Of a DNA stretch of 18,817 bases, positions 7,117-16,300 are shown one piece after another. This DNA comes from Elusimicrobiota bacterium (GTDB taxonomy: Bacteria; CG03; SLGR01; JAGXOG01). A model generated the notes under the pieces. That model had not been told where the DNA came from. It did no database searches and saw only the letters and a list, made by a program, of their open reading frames with translations. Positions within the stretch are counted from its first letter, which is position 1, and every line of letters starts with the position of its first letter. The stretch covers positions 1 through 18,817 of the forward strand of contig JBNJDT010000026.1 of the NCBI GenBank assembly GCA_051745145.1, written 5' to 3'. A program made the position numbers and the translations under genes.

Positions 7117-7194
7117 TTTATTATATATTAGTAATTTGATTATATATTATTTCTTAAATATTAACTATTCTTAAATAATTTACTTGTATATTTA

Positions 7195-7223
7195 TTTATA
7201 ATTAATATTACTACTTTTGTCAA
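7195..7223 (-). promoter_or_regulatory. Sigma70-type promoter of the thrC-like/sulfur carrier/NIL operon
   Basis: Minus strand TTGACA (7218-7223), 17-nt spacer, TATAAA (7195-7200). Confidence 0.7.
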
Positions 7224-7340
7224 GTTTTATATTTATAAATAAAGTGAGCCTCATTTTTAATAATATGAATTATACTGTTTTATGGCGAGTTAATTAAGAA
7301 TTTTAAGTAAGTAAATATAGTTTTACAATAAATACGTAAC

Positions 7341-7353
7341 TACAGGACCTGTA
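7341..7353. other. Perfect short inverted repeat TACAGG-A-CCTGTA just after the dihydropyrimidinase stop (weak hairpin or protein site)
   Basis: 6-1-6 palindrome 8 nt downstream of the last gene of the dnaE run; no clean U-tract. Confidence 0.3.
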
Positions 7354-7361
7354 CAAATAGT

Positions 7362-8744
7362 TTATAAAGTTAAGTCCGGCGATCTTCTTTTTAAAAATTT
7401 ACCCCGTCCTTTTTCTGCCGGGATATTGCCTTTATCGTAAACTATTTTCCCCCTGGATATGGTGTACTCGGGATATCCAGACACTACCCTGTCCTCGTAG
7501 GGAGACCAGTCGCAGCTGCCGGCAAGATTATCCGCTTTTAAAGTAACCTCTTTATCAGGATTAAATATTACTATGTCGGCGTCGGTTCCCTCTTTAAGGG
7601 TTCCTTTTTGGGGATATAGCCCGAAAATTTTCGCCGGATTAAGAGAAGTTATCTCGTAAATATCTTCCATGCTCAGGCCTCTTTTGACAACGCCCTCGGT
7701 ATAAAGCAGAGGCAGTGAATTTTCCACTCCCGGAAGCCCTAAAGGCGTTTTTGTAAAATTGCCTCCCCCGGACTCTTTCTCTTTCCGTAAAAACGGACAG
7801 TGATCCGTACCTACGGTATCGATGTCTCCTTCAAGAAGGGCTCTCCAAATCTGGTAGGTCTCTTTTTTATCCCTTATGGGAGGACAGCAGGCATACAGGT
7901 ATCCATCCTCACCTGAAAATTTTGAATTATCCAGGGTAAGATACTGGGGAGTAGTCTCTGCATATATAAACTGGCCCTGGTTTTTTAATCTCATTATTTC
8001 CATAGCCGCAGGACCGGAACTTAAATGACATATATATATCGGCGCACCGGCTTCTTGGGCAATTAAGGCCGCATCCACCACAGCTAGCTTTTCTATAAAG
8101 GACGGGCGGGCACCGGGGTAATCAGTCAAGGAGGTCTTTCCCTGTTTTACAAGTTTTTTAGTAAGATAATCGGCGATTTCTCCGTTTTCCGCGTGAACCA
8201 TTACCAGGCTGTCTATCTTTTTAGAATATTTTAACGCCTCGTACAGCTCCCCATTGTCAACTCCCCAGCCTTCGGTGGCCGGCATAAATATCTTAAAACT
8301 GGAAATCCCCATATCCGCTACTTCTTTCATACTACCCGGTTTATCGCTATCCCAATTTGTTATCTGGGCGTGGAAAGAGTAATCTATTATGGATTTTTTT
8401 TCAGCAGATCTATTTTTTTCATTAACTCGTTCAGCCATTGACTGATTCTTTTCGGGGATGGCAAAATCGATAAAGGTGGTTACTCCGCCGGCCGCGGCCG
8501 CCCGGGAACCGGTGTAAAAATCATCGCTGGAAGTCGAGTTGTAAGCCTTTAACTCCAGGTGGACATGGGGATCAATGACTCCGGGCATGGTATAAAGACC
8601 CCGGCAGTCCAATTCTTTGACATTCCCGGAGAAACTTAGATTTTCTCCTATCTTTGAAATTTTACCGTTTTTTATTAATAAATCTTTTCTTTGGATACCG
8701 TTTTGAGTAACCAGACGGCTGTCTTTTATTAATAAGGGGGGCAT
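7362..8744 (-). CDS. hydA: Dihydropyrimidinase / D-hydantoinase (cyclic amidohydrolase)
   Basis: PGVIDPHVH, SDDFYTGSRAAAAGGVTT, SFKIFM (carboxylated Lys), VHAENG, ICHLSS, GTDHCPF, GLPGVE, NPAKIFGLYPQKG. Confidence 0.88.
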   Translation of the reverse strand: MPPLLIKDSRLVTQNGIQRKDLLIKNGKISKIGENLSFSGNVKELDCRGLYTMPGVIDPHVHLELKAYNSTSSDDFYTGSRAAAAGGVTTFIDFAIPEKNQSMAERVNEKNRSAEKKSIIDYSFHAQITNWDSDKPGSMKEVADMGISSFKIFMPATEGWGVDNGELYEALKYSKKIDSLVMVHAENGEIADYLTKKLVKQGKTSLTDYPGARPSFIEKLAVVDAALIAQEAGAPIYICHLSSGPAAMEIMRLKNQGQFIYAETTPQYLTLDNSKFSGEDGYLYACCPPIRDKKETYQIWRALLEGDIDTVGTDHCPFLRKEKESGGGNFTKTPLGLPGVENSLPLLYTEGVVKRGLSMEDIYEITSLNPAKIFGLYPQKGTLKEGTDADIVIFNPDKEVTLKADNLAGSCDWSPYEDRVVSGYPEYTISRGKIVYDKGNIPAEKGRGKFLKRRSPDLTL

Positions 8745-9113
8745 TTAAAAAGTAATCTCTTTTTCCCTTATTTCATCCACTTTATTCTCATCGTCGATGA
8801 GAACTACTTTAACCTTGCCGGTTTCGCCGACCTTGCCCCACATGGAGGAAAATACAATGAGACGGTCTCCTACATTACCTTTTTTAGCCGCCCCCCCGTT
8901 TAGACCTATTATCCCCGAACCTCTTTCCCCCTCGATTATATAGGTCTCAAACCGCTCCCCGTTTTCTACGTTTATCACCTTAATCATTTCAAATACTTTA
9001 AGGCCTGCCGCTTCAATTAAATCTTTATCCACAGTCAGACTGCCCCGGTAATTTACGTTGGCCTGGGTAACCCGGGGGCCGTGAAGTTTGGATTTTAGAA
9101 ATTTCTTTTTCAT
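8745..9113 (-). CDS. panD: Aspartate 1-decarboxylase proenzyme
   Basis: KSKLH, Gly24-Ser25 self-cleavage site (YRGSLTVD), NGERFETY, LNGGAA. Confidence 0.95.
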   Translation of the reverse strand: MKKKFLKSKLHGPRVTQANVNYRGSLTVDKDLIEAAGLKVFEMIKVINVENGERFETYIIEGERGSGIIGLNGGAAKKGNVGDRLIVFSSMWGKVGETGKVKVVLIDDENKVDEIREKEITF

Positions 9114-9122
9114 AATTTAGCC

Positions 9123-10394
9123 TTACGGATATAATCCTCTCAATTTGGCCGCCTGAGCCACCCGCCTTACAGCCAGCATATAAGCGGCCATCCTCATATT
9201 TACTTCTTCCTCCCTGGAAAGGTGATACACATCGTGAAAAGCCTGGGTCATCCGGTCTACAAGATTCCTCACTACTTCCTTTTTCTTCCAGAATCTGGCC
9301 TGAAGGTCCTGAACCCATTCAAAATAAGAGACGGTTACTCCCCCGGCATTGGCCAGAATATCGGGTACAACAATTATATCTTTATCATCAAGTATTTTTT
9401 CGGCTCCGGGAGTTGTAGGACCGTTTGCCGCTTCCACTACAATACTGGCTTTCACGTTATCCGCATTTTTGACAGTTATCTGACTTTCCATAGCCGCCGG
9501 GATGAGTACATCTACATCGGACTCAAATAATCTTTTATTGGCTTCCCGGGTATCTTCTATAAATTCTCCCCCTTCATACCCTTTAATAAGATTATTATTA
9601 CTTTCCCGGACATATTTTAGTATATCCGGTATATCAATCCCTTTCTCATTAAATATTCCCCCGCTGATATCGGTTATACCGGTAATTTTACAACCCAGTT
9701 TATGTAAAAACTTAGCCGTGTTGCTCCCCACGTTTCCAAAACCCTGTATGGCCACTGTTGCTTCCTCGGGAACAAAGCCGGTGTGTTTTAAAATTTCTTC
9801 CGTAACTACGGCCACCCCTTTCCCCGTGGCCGAGAATCTTCCTTTGGAACCCCCTAAATCCAGGGGTTTTCCGGTAACCACTCCGGGAACAGAATATCCC
9901 TTGTTCATGGAATAAGTATCCATTATCCAGCTCATTATCCGGGGGTTGGTATTTACATCCGGTGCGGGGATATCTTTTTCCGGGCCAATTATAATACCAA
10001 TTTCCGAAGTGTACCTCCGGGTAAGATGTTCAATCTCTTTTTCGGTCATTTTCGACGGATCGCATATTACCCCTCCTTTTGCGCCTCCGTAGGGAATATC
10101 GGCTACGGCACATTTCCAGGTCATCCACATGGCCATGGCTTTAATTTCATCTAAAGTAACATCCGGATGGTATCTGATGCCCCCTTTGGAGGGCCCTCTT
10201 TCAAGAGAATGCTGAACCCTGTATCCCCTGTAAACTTTTATTGCCCCCTCATCGGAATATATGGGTATGGATACGGTTAATTCTCTCTTGGGATATTTAA
10301 GTTTTTCGTGAAGTCCGGGGTCTAGATTAATTTTTTTAGCTACGCTGTCTAACTGCTGTAAGGCTATCTTATAAGGATTTAATTCTTCAGGCAT
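9123..10394 (-). CDS. gdhA: Glutamate dehydrogenase (Glu/Leu/Phe/Val dehydrogenase family)
   Basis: KGGIRYHP, MTWKCA, GGAKGG, DIPAPDVNT, VVTGKP, QGFGNVG, EAANGP, NAGGVTVSYFEWVQ. Confidence 0.95.
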   Translation of the reverse strand: MPEELNPYKIALQQLDSVAKKINLDPGLHEKLKYPKRELTVSIPIYSDEGAIKVYRGYRVQHSLERGPSKGGIRYHPDVTLDEIKAMAMWMTWKCAVADIPYGGAKGGVICDPSKMTEKEIEHLTRRYTSEIGIIIGPEKDIPAPDVNTNPRIMSWIMDTYSMNKGYSVPGVVTGKPLDLGGSKGRFSATGKGVAVVTEEILKHTGFVPEEATVAIQGFGNVGSNTAKFLHKLGCKITGITDISGGIFNEKGIDIPDILKYVRESNNNLIKGYEGGEFIEDTREANKRLFESDVDVLIPAAMESQITVKNADNVKASIVVEAANGPTTPGAEKILDDKDIIVVPDILANAGGVTVSYFEWVQDLQARFWKKKEVVRNLVDRMTQAFHDVYHLSREEEVNMRMAAYMLAVRRVAQAAKLRGLYP

Positions 10395-10404
10395 TTTTTA
10401 ACTC

Positions 10405-11370
10405 CTATTTTTTTACTTTATTATACACCCCTATATTTCTAAATTTTTTAAATCTTTTCTCAAATAAATTTTCTTTTGTTGTCCTTTTTAAGGCCCCTAT
10501 CTGCCGGGTTAAATTCTTTTTCAGCTTTTCAAACATGGCCCCATAATTCCAGTGAGCTCCGCCGGGCGGCTCTTCTATAATTTTATCAATAACTCCCAAA
10601 TCCTTTAAATCCCGGGCGGTGACTCCCATTGTTTCTGCTGCCTGTGAAGCTTTTTGAGCGTCATTCCAGAGTATAGCGCTGCAGGCTTCGGGAGTGCATA
10701 CAAAATAGACAGAATTTTCCAGCATCAAGAGCTTATCCCCCACTCCGATTCCCAGAGCTCCCCCTGATCCCCCTTCACCGATGATAACTGTAATAATACC
10801 TGTTTTCAGATTTATCATTTCCTTTAAATTTGTGGCAATTGCCTCAGACTGTCCCCGTTCTTCGGCTTCTATACCCGGATAAGCTCCGGGAGTATCTACA
10901 AAAGTAATTACCGGCATTGAAAACTTCTCTGCCAGCTGCATAAGCCGAAGGCTCTTCCGGTAACCTTCAGGATGGGGCATGCCAAAATTTCTTTTCAGAT
11001 TATCCTCCGTGGATTCTCCTTTTTGATGACCTATAACCATTACCGAATCAGAATTCAGGGAAGCCACTCCCCCGACTATAGCCTTATCGTCACCGAATTT
11101 CCGATCACCGTGAAATTCTAAAAAATCTTCAAAAATGCCTTTTATATAATCCATGGTATGGGGCCGGTTGGGATGGCGGGCTAATTGCACCCTTTGCCAT
11201 GAATTTAAATCTTTATATACTTCTTTTATAACTTTATTTTTTTCTTTTTTAAGACGGTCCAACTTTTTAAAATCCGGGTTCTCTTTTGATTTCTCTTTAT
11301 CTATTTTCTCTATTATTTTAACAACCGGCTGTTCAAAATCAGGACCTATTCTATTTGAAGAATTATCCAT
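10405..11370 (-). CDS. accA: Acetyl-CoA carboxylase carboxyltransferase subunit alpha
   Basis: LARHPNRP, GDRKFGDD, GHQKG, FGMPHPEGYRK, DTPGAYPG, GEGGSGGALG, EPPGGAH. Confidence 0.97.
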   Translation of the reverse strand: MDNSSNRIGPDFEQPVVKIIEKIDKEKSKENPDFKKLDRLKKEKNKVIKEVYKDLNSWQRVQLARHPNRPHTMDYIKGIFEDFLEFHGDRKFGDDKAIVGGVASLNSDSVMVIGHQKGESTEDNLKRNFGMPHPEGYRKSLRLMQLAEKFSMPVITFVDTPGAYPGIEAEERGQSEAIATNLKEMINLKTGIITVIIGEGGSGGALGIGVGDKLLMLENSVYFVCTPEACSAILWNDAQKASQAAETMGVTARDLKDLGVIDKIIEEPPGGAHWNYGAMFEKLKKNLTRQIGALKRTTKENLFEKRFKKFRNIGVYNKVKK

Positions 11371-11374
11371 AGTT

Positions 11375-12094
11375 TTAGAAATCTCCCGAATAATTAAGTT
11401 TTAAAATTCTCTCCGGTTTTTCCGGGCCGGCAAGATTTAATACCGAAAATTCAAAATTTAACTTTTGAGAAAGAATATATTTAGCACCGGCATTTAACTG
11501 GGCCTCCCACTGGCCTATATCTTTTACTTCAGAAAGTAGTACGAATTCAGGCCCCAGCATATAGGAAACATTAGCAAAACCTTTGACATACTCCTGGGCA
11601 TCTTCATACAAAGAATAGTCAGAATTTATACCCGCACTTATATCCAGACCCGGGACTACACCTCTTTGAGTTAAAACTAAATAAAATCCCATCGGAGAAA
11701 ACTGATACCCTTTTTTACTCCCTATATAATTGCCGTAGCCCTGCTCGTCAAAACCTACGCTTATAGCCGGCCAGGAAGATTCCGTTACATAAAAAGGGAA
11801 TTTAACGTAAAGATAGGGGCGTTGTATTCCGGGAGTACGGGACCCGATTATGTTTTCTGTATTAAAGCTCAACCCCAATGTTAAATCCTCCATTACTATT
11901 CCGTAAAAAAGGCGGGTCATTATTGAGCCTTCCCCATACAGCCGAAACGACAACCTGTAAGATTCAAAATCCAGGGCATTTGCCGTAGGGGTATCTATTA
12001 CTTCAACCAGATCGCCGGATGCTGAACTTTCTTCAGAAATACCCAAAAAAAGCAGACAGAAAGCGAAAACAAATACTATTTTTTTATAATGCAT
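11375..12094 (-). CDS. Exported protein, probable outer-membrane beta-barrel (YjbH-like)
   Basis: Signal peptide MHYKKIVFVFAFCLLFLGISEESSA; IDTPTANAL motif; amphipathic aromatic-rich strands; C-terminal LKLNYSGDF ending in Phe. Confidence 0.6.
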   Translation of the reverse strand: MHYKKIVFVFAFCLLFLGISEESSASGDLVEVIDTPTANALDFESYRLSFRLYGEGSIMTRLFYGIVMEDLTLGLSFNTENIIGSRTPGIQRPYLYVKFPFYVTESSWPAISVGFDEQGYGNYIGSKKGYQFSPMGFYLVLTQRGVVPGLDISAGINSDYSLYEDAQEYVKGFANVSYMLGPEFVLLSEVKDIGQWEAQLNAGAKYILSQKLNFEFSVLNLAGPEKPERILKLNYSGDF

Positions 12095-12106
12095 CTTACT
12101 GTAATA

Positions 12107-13321
12107 TCACCGGCTTTCAATTTTCTTGGATCTTAACCGGGCCGCGCCGCCTGTAAAATCACTTCCCAGCAGCGGCGTTAAATATTTTACAAACTTTTCC
12201 GTAATATCATTTCCCCGGTCGTTAATGTATTCGTCAGGCATTGTCCGGGTTTTTCCGGCTACCTCTTTAAGATCAACCAATTTATAGTCAACCGCATACT
12301 CGCCAACCCGTTTTATGGTAAGAGAGCCATATTCATTTAATCCCACTCCGTGATAAACCGCCTGTTCTCCGACTTCTCTGGCCTCGGTTTTATCCACATC
12401 GCTTACAGTTTGCCTGAAAGAACGCTGAAGATATCCAAAAGTATCGGCTCTTACTCTGCCTATATCCGTATTATCCTCAACATGTTTTTTCAGATTATCA
12501 GCTAACGAGCCGGTCCCGGAAAGCTGGATATTTCCGTGAGCGTCTTTCTCAATATTTTCCTGCAGTTTTGCCATTATAGGAGTTCCTTCTTCATCCTGGA
12601 TACCTTCGGAAACTGCTATTACGCAGCGGCCGTATTTTTTATATTTTTCTTTTACATCCTCTAAAAATGCACCTGTATTAAATGCTCTCTCGGGAAGATA
12701 GATAAGATGAGGACCGTCATCGGGATATCTTCTGGCTAAAGCGCTGGCCGCTGTCAAAAATCCTGCATGTCTTCCCATGACCACAGCTATATAAACCCCC
12801 GGAAGAGATCTATTATCCAGATCCAGCCCCACAAAAGCCTCGGAAACAAAACGAGCCGCCGAAGGGTAACCGGGCGTGTGATCATTTAATACCAGATCAT
12901 TATCCACGGTTTTGGGAATATGAACTGTAATTATCTGATAATCTTCCCGCTGGGCAAATTCCTTAACAATTCTTAAAGTATCCGATGAATCATTGCCCCC
13001 GATATAAAAGAAATATCTTATGTTGTGTTTTTTGAGAACTTCAAAGATATTTTTGCAGTATTCTTCATCGGGCTTGTCCCTGGTAGACAAAAGTGCAGAC
13101 GCCGGCGAATCCGCCACATTCTCCAAGTTAGCTACTGTCTCCCGGGACAGGTCCACTATTTTTTGATTTACTATGCCGTTTACACCGTTTACCGAGCCAT
13201 ATACTTTATTAATACAACTATATTCCCGGGCTTTCAGTATTGCCCCTACAAGGGACTGATTTATCACGGCCGTCGGACCGCCTCCCTGAGCAATTAACAT
13301 ATTACCTTGTAATCTATTCAT
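12107..13321 (-). CDS. pfp: 6-phosphofructokinase, probably pyrophosphate-dependent
   Basis: AQGGGPTAVIN, YIGGNDS, PKTVDNDL, VMGRHAGFL, VSEG. Start set at ATG 13321 with RBS GGAGGG, rather than TTG 13327. Confidence 0.88.
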   Translation of the reverse strand: MNRLQGNMLIAQGGGPTAVINQSLVGAILKAREYSCINKVYGSVNGVNGIVNQKIVDLSRETVANLENVADSPASALLSTRDKPDEEYCKNIFEVLKKHNIRYFFYIGGNDSSDTLRIVKEFAQREDYQIITVHIPKTVDNDLVLNDHTPGYPSAARFVSEAFVGLDLDNRSLPGVYIAVVMGRHAGFLTAASALARRYPDDGPHLIYLPERAFNTGAFLEDVKEKYKKYGRCVIAVSEGIQDEEGTPIMAKLQENIEKDAHGNIQLSGTGSLADNLKKHVEDNTDIGRVRADTFGYLQRSFRQTVSDVDKTEAREVGEQAVYHGVGLNEYGSLTIKRVGEYAVDYKLVDLKEVAGKTRTMPDEYINDRGNDITEKFVKYLTPLLGSDFTGGAARLRSKKIESR

Positions 13322-13354
13322 ATTCAACCCTCCATTTTTTATACAATTTATCCA

Positions 13355-16300
13355 CTAACCAACCGCAACTTTTGGGGCACTCCCCATAAGCGATACAGAG
13401 CCTTCCCCTATTTCATTTTCTAACTCTTGTAACAGAGATTGACTCACTCGCGTTTTTTGATCTGTTTTTATTTTTACTTTATCAAATTTATCTGTATTTA
13501 CAAGAAATTCTATTGAAATATCTCCGGGATATTTTTTCAAAATATTTTTAATTTTATAAATATCATCTACTTTGTTAAACTTGGTATTCAACTCTATTAC
13601 AATTTTTTTGGCCATCTTATTACGGGCCTTGTCCAAGGGTATAAGCTCATTAACCATAAACTGTAATCTGCCCCGGCTTTTGTCTAATTTCCCTTTAGCT
13701 ACCACAAATTCATCTTCCTTTACAAAATTGGCAATATCCGTATCGTAAGCTGACGGAAATATAACACAATCCAGGGTATCCGTTAAGTCTTCTAAAGTTA
13801 AAACCGCCATCCGGTTGCCGTTTTTAGTTTTCTTTTTCGACTCTTCCTTAATCATGCCCCCCACCGTAATAATTTTTCCGGGTTTAACTTTATTCTTTAC
13901 ATTTTTTATAGTACCGGATGTCAAATTCTTTATCTCCTCATCGTGCTTTGTAAGAGGATGTCCGGAAAAATAATATCCCAGTGCTTCTTTTTCGTTTATC
14001 AAAAGTTCGTTGTCCGCCCATTCTCTTTCGTCCTCTATAGTCACTTCCGGAGATTCTCCGTCATCTATAACTTCAAAAAAAGTAGTCTGCCCCAGTTCTT
14101 TGTCTTTCTGGGCCCGCGATGCCTGCGAAATTGCTTTCTCTATTACGTTAAATAAAGGTCTTCTTCCTTCATTTAAAAAATCAAAAGCGCCTGCTTTCAC
14201 AAGACTTTCTAAGACCCGTTTGTTAACTTTGTTTAGATTTACGCTGACACAAAATTCATAAAAAGATTCAAAATCGTTATCCTTTCCGCGGGCATCAATT
14301 ATAGATTTTATTGCGGCCGTTCCTATATTTTTCACTGCCTTAAGACCATACCGGATTACCCCGTCATCTTCAATTTTAAAAGCTATATTCGATTTTCTAA
14401 CATCCGGGGGTTTTATCTCAATTCCCATTCTCCGGCTCTCAGCCACATACTGGGCAATCTTATCCGTATTACCCATTTCACAGGTTAAAAGCGCACACAT
14501 GTATTCGGTGGGATAATTGGCCTTTAAATAGGAGGTCTGATATACCAGGCTGGCATAAGCCGCGGAATGGCTTTTATTGAAACCGTAGGCCCCGAATTCT
14601 GCCAGCATATTAAAAATATTTTTCAACGATTTTTTAGCTATGCCGTTTTCAACCCCGCCTTTTATAAAAGCCTCCCTTAACCTTTCCAGAACACTGGGTA
14701 TCTTTTTAGACATGGCTTTACGCATATCATCAGCCTGAGAAGGCGAAAATCCGGCCAGTTTTCTGGCCACCTGCATAACCTGCTCCTGGTAAAGAATAAC
14801 TCCGTATGTCTCTTTTAAAATATTTTCCAGAGAAGGATGAGGGTATTCCACCAGCGAGGGATCTTTCTTTCTTTCAATATACTTATCCGTCATCCCGCTT
14901 CTTATTACTCCGGGCCGGTTTAAAGCCACCAGGGCTATAATATCCTCGAATTTTTCCAGAGTCAACTTTTTTAAAAGAGCCTGGAAACCGGCTCTCTCTA
15001 TCTGAAAAAGCCCCACTGAATCAGCGCTGTTCAGTAACTCATAAGTATTTTTATCCCCCTGGGGTAAATCATCAATATCTAACTTCTCGCCGGTTGTCTC
15101 TTCTATATTTTTGACAGCTTCCTGTATAATAGTTAAATTTTTCAATCCCAGAAAATCCATTTTTAATAAACCAAGTTCTACTAAATCTTCGCCTTCGTAC
15201 TGAGTTACTCCCCGGTTATCACTGGAGACCCCCCGGGGAACAAATTTAGAAAGCTTGTCTTTTGCTATCACCACCCCGGCCGCATGCACGCTAGGCTGTC
15301 TTTTACAGCCTTCTATACGCTGGGCGACATCTATCATCTGTCTTATACGGTCGCTTGAATTATACGCTTTTTTAAATTCATCTATATCGTTTTTTGCTTC
15401 ATAGATAGTTATATTAGTTCCGGTAGGTATCATTTTGGCTATCTTATCAACCTTACCTAAAGGTATATCCAGGACTCTCCCCACATCCCTAAGAGCCGCT
15501 TTAGCTTTAAGGGTACTGAAAGTACTTATCTGCCCTACTCTGTGAGAACCGTATTTTTCTTTAACATATTCGATTATCTCATCTCTTCCATAATCGGCAA
15601 AATCTATATCCAGATCGGGCATGGTTTTCCGGGCGGGGTTGAGAAATCTTTCAAAAAGGAGGTCGTACTTGAGAGGATCGATCTTAGTTATCCCTAAAAG
15701 GTATGATACTATGCTTCCGCAGCCGCTTCCCCGGCCCGGTCCTACCGGTATCCCCTTTTCTTTAGATTTTTTCACAAAATCCCAGCATATTAAAAAATAT
15801 CCGGGAAACCCCAGCCGGTTTATTATTCCCAGCTCCATATTTAATCTCTCTTCAATTTCATCTTTATTGGAAGGATTCTCGCCGTATCTTCCCGCTATAC
15901 CGTCCCGGCACAGTTTTTCCAGATACTCTTTTCGGGTGTATTCGCCGGGCACTTCGTATTCGGGTAAAAGATTTTTATCAAAGTCAAGTTTTAAATTACA
16001 TTTTTCGGCAACTTTTACTGTATTTTCAACAGCTTCCGGATAATTCCTGAACCGGCTTTTCATTTCCTCAGGCGATTTAAGATAATATTCGTCATCGTTA
16101 AATTTCATATGAGTGGGATCGTCTATCTTCTTTCCCGTTCCAATGCACATAAGAATCTCCTGGGGGTAGGCATCCGTCTTTTCTATATAATGGCAGTCAT
16201 TGGTAGCCACGCACGGGATCCCGGTCTCGGTGGATATTTTATCCAGTTCTTCGTTTATCTTAATCTGCTCATCTATTCCAGTATCCATCATTTCCAGATA

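Noticed and set aside
7117..7361. SAM riboswitch, T-box or ncRNA upstream of the thrC-like operon
   Set aside because: The region is extremely AT-rich with no aptamer or T-box consensus, and the predicted leader is only about 70 nt.
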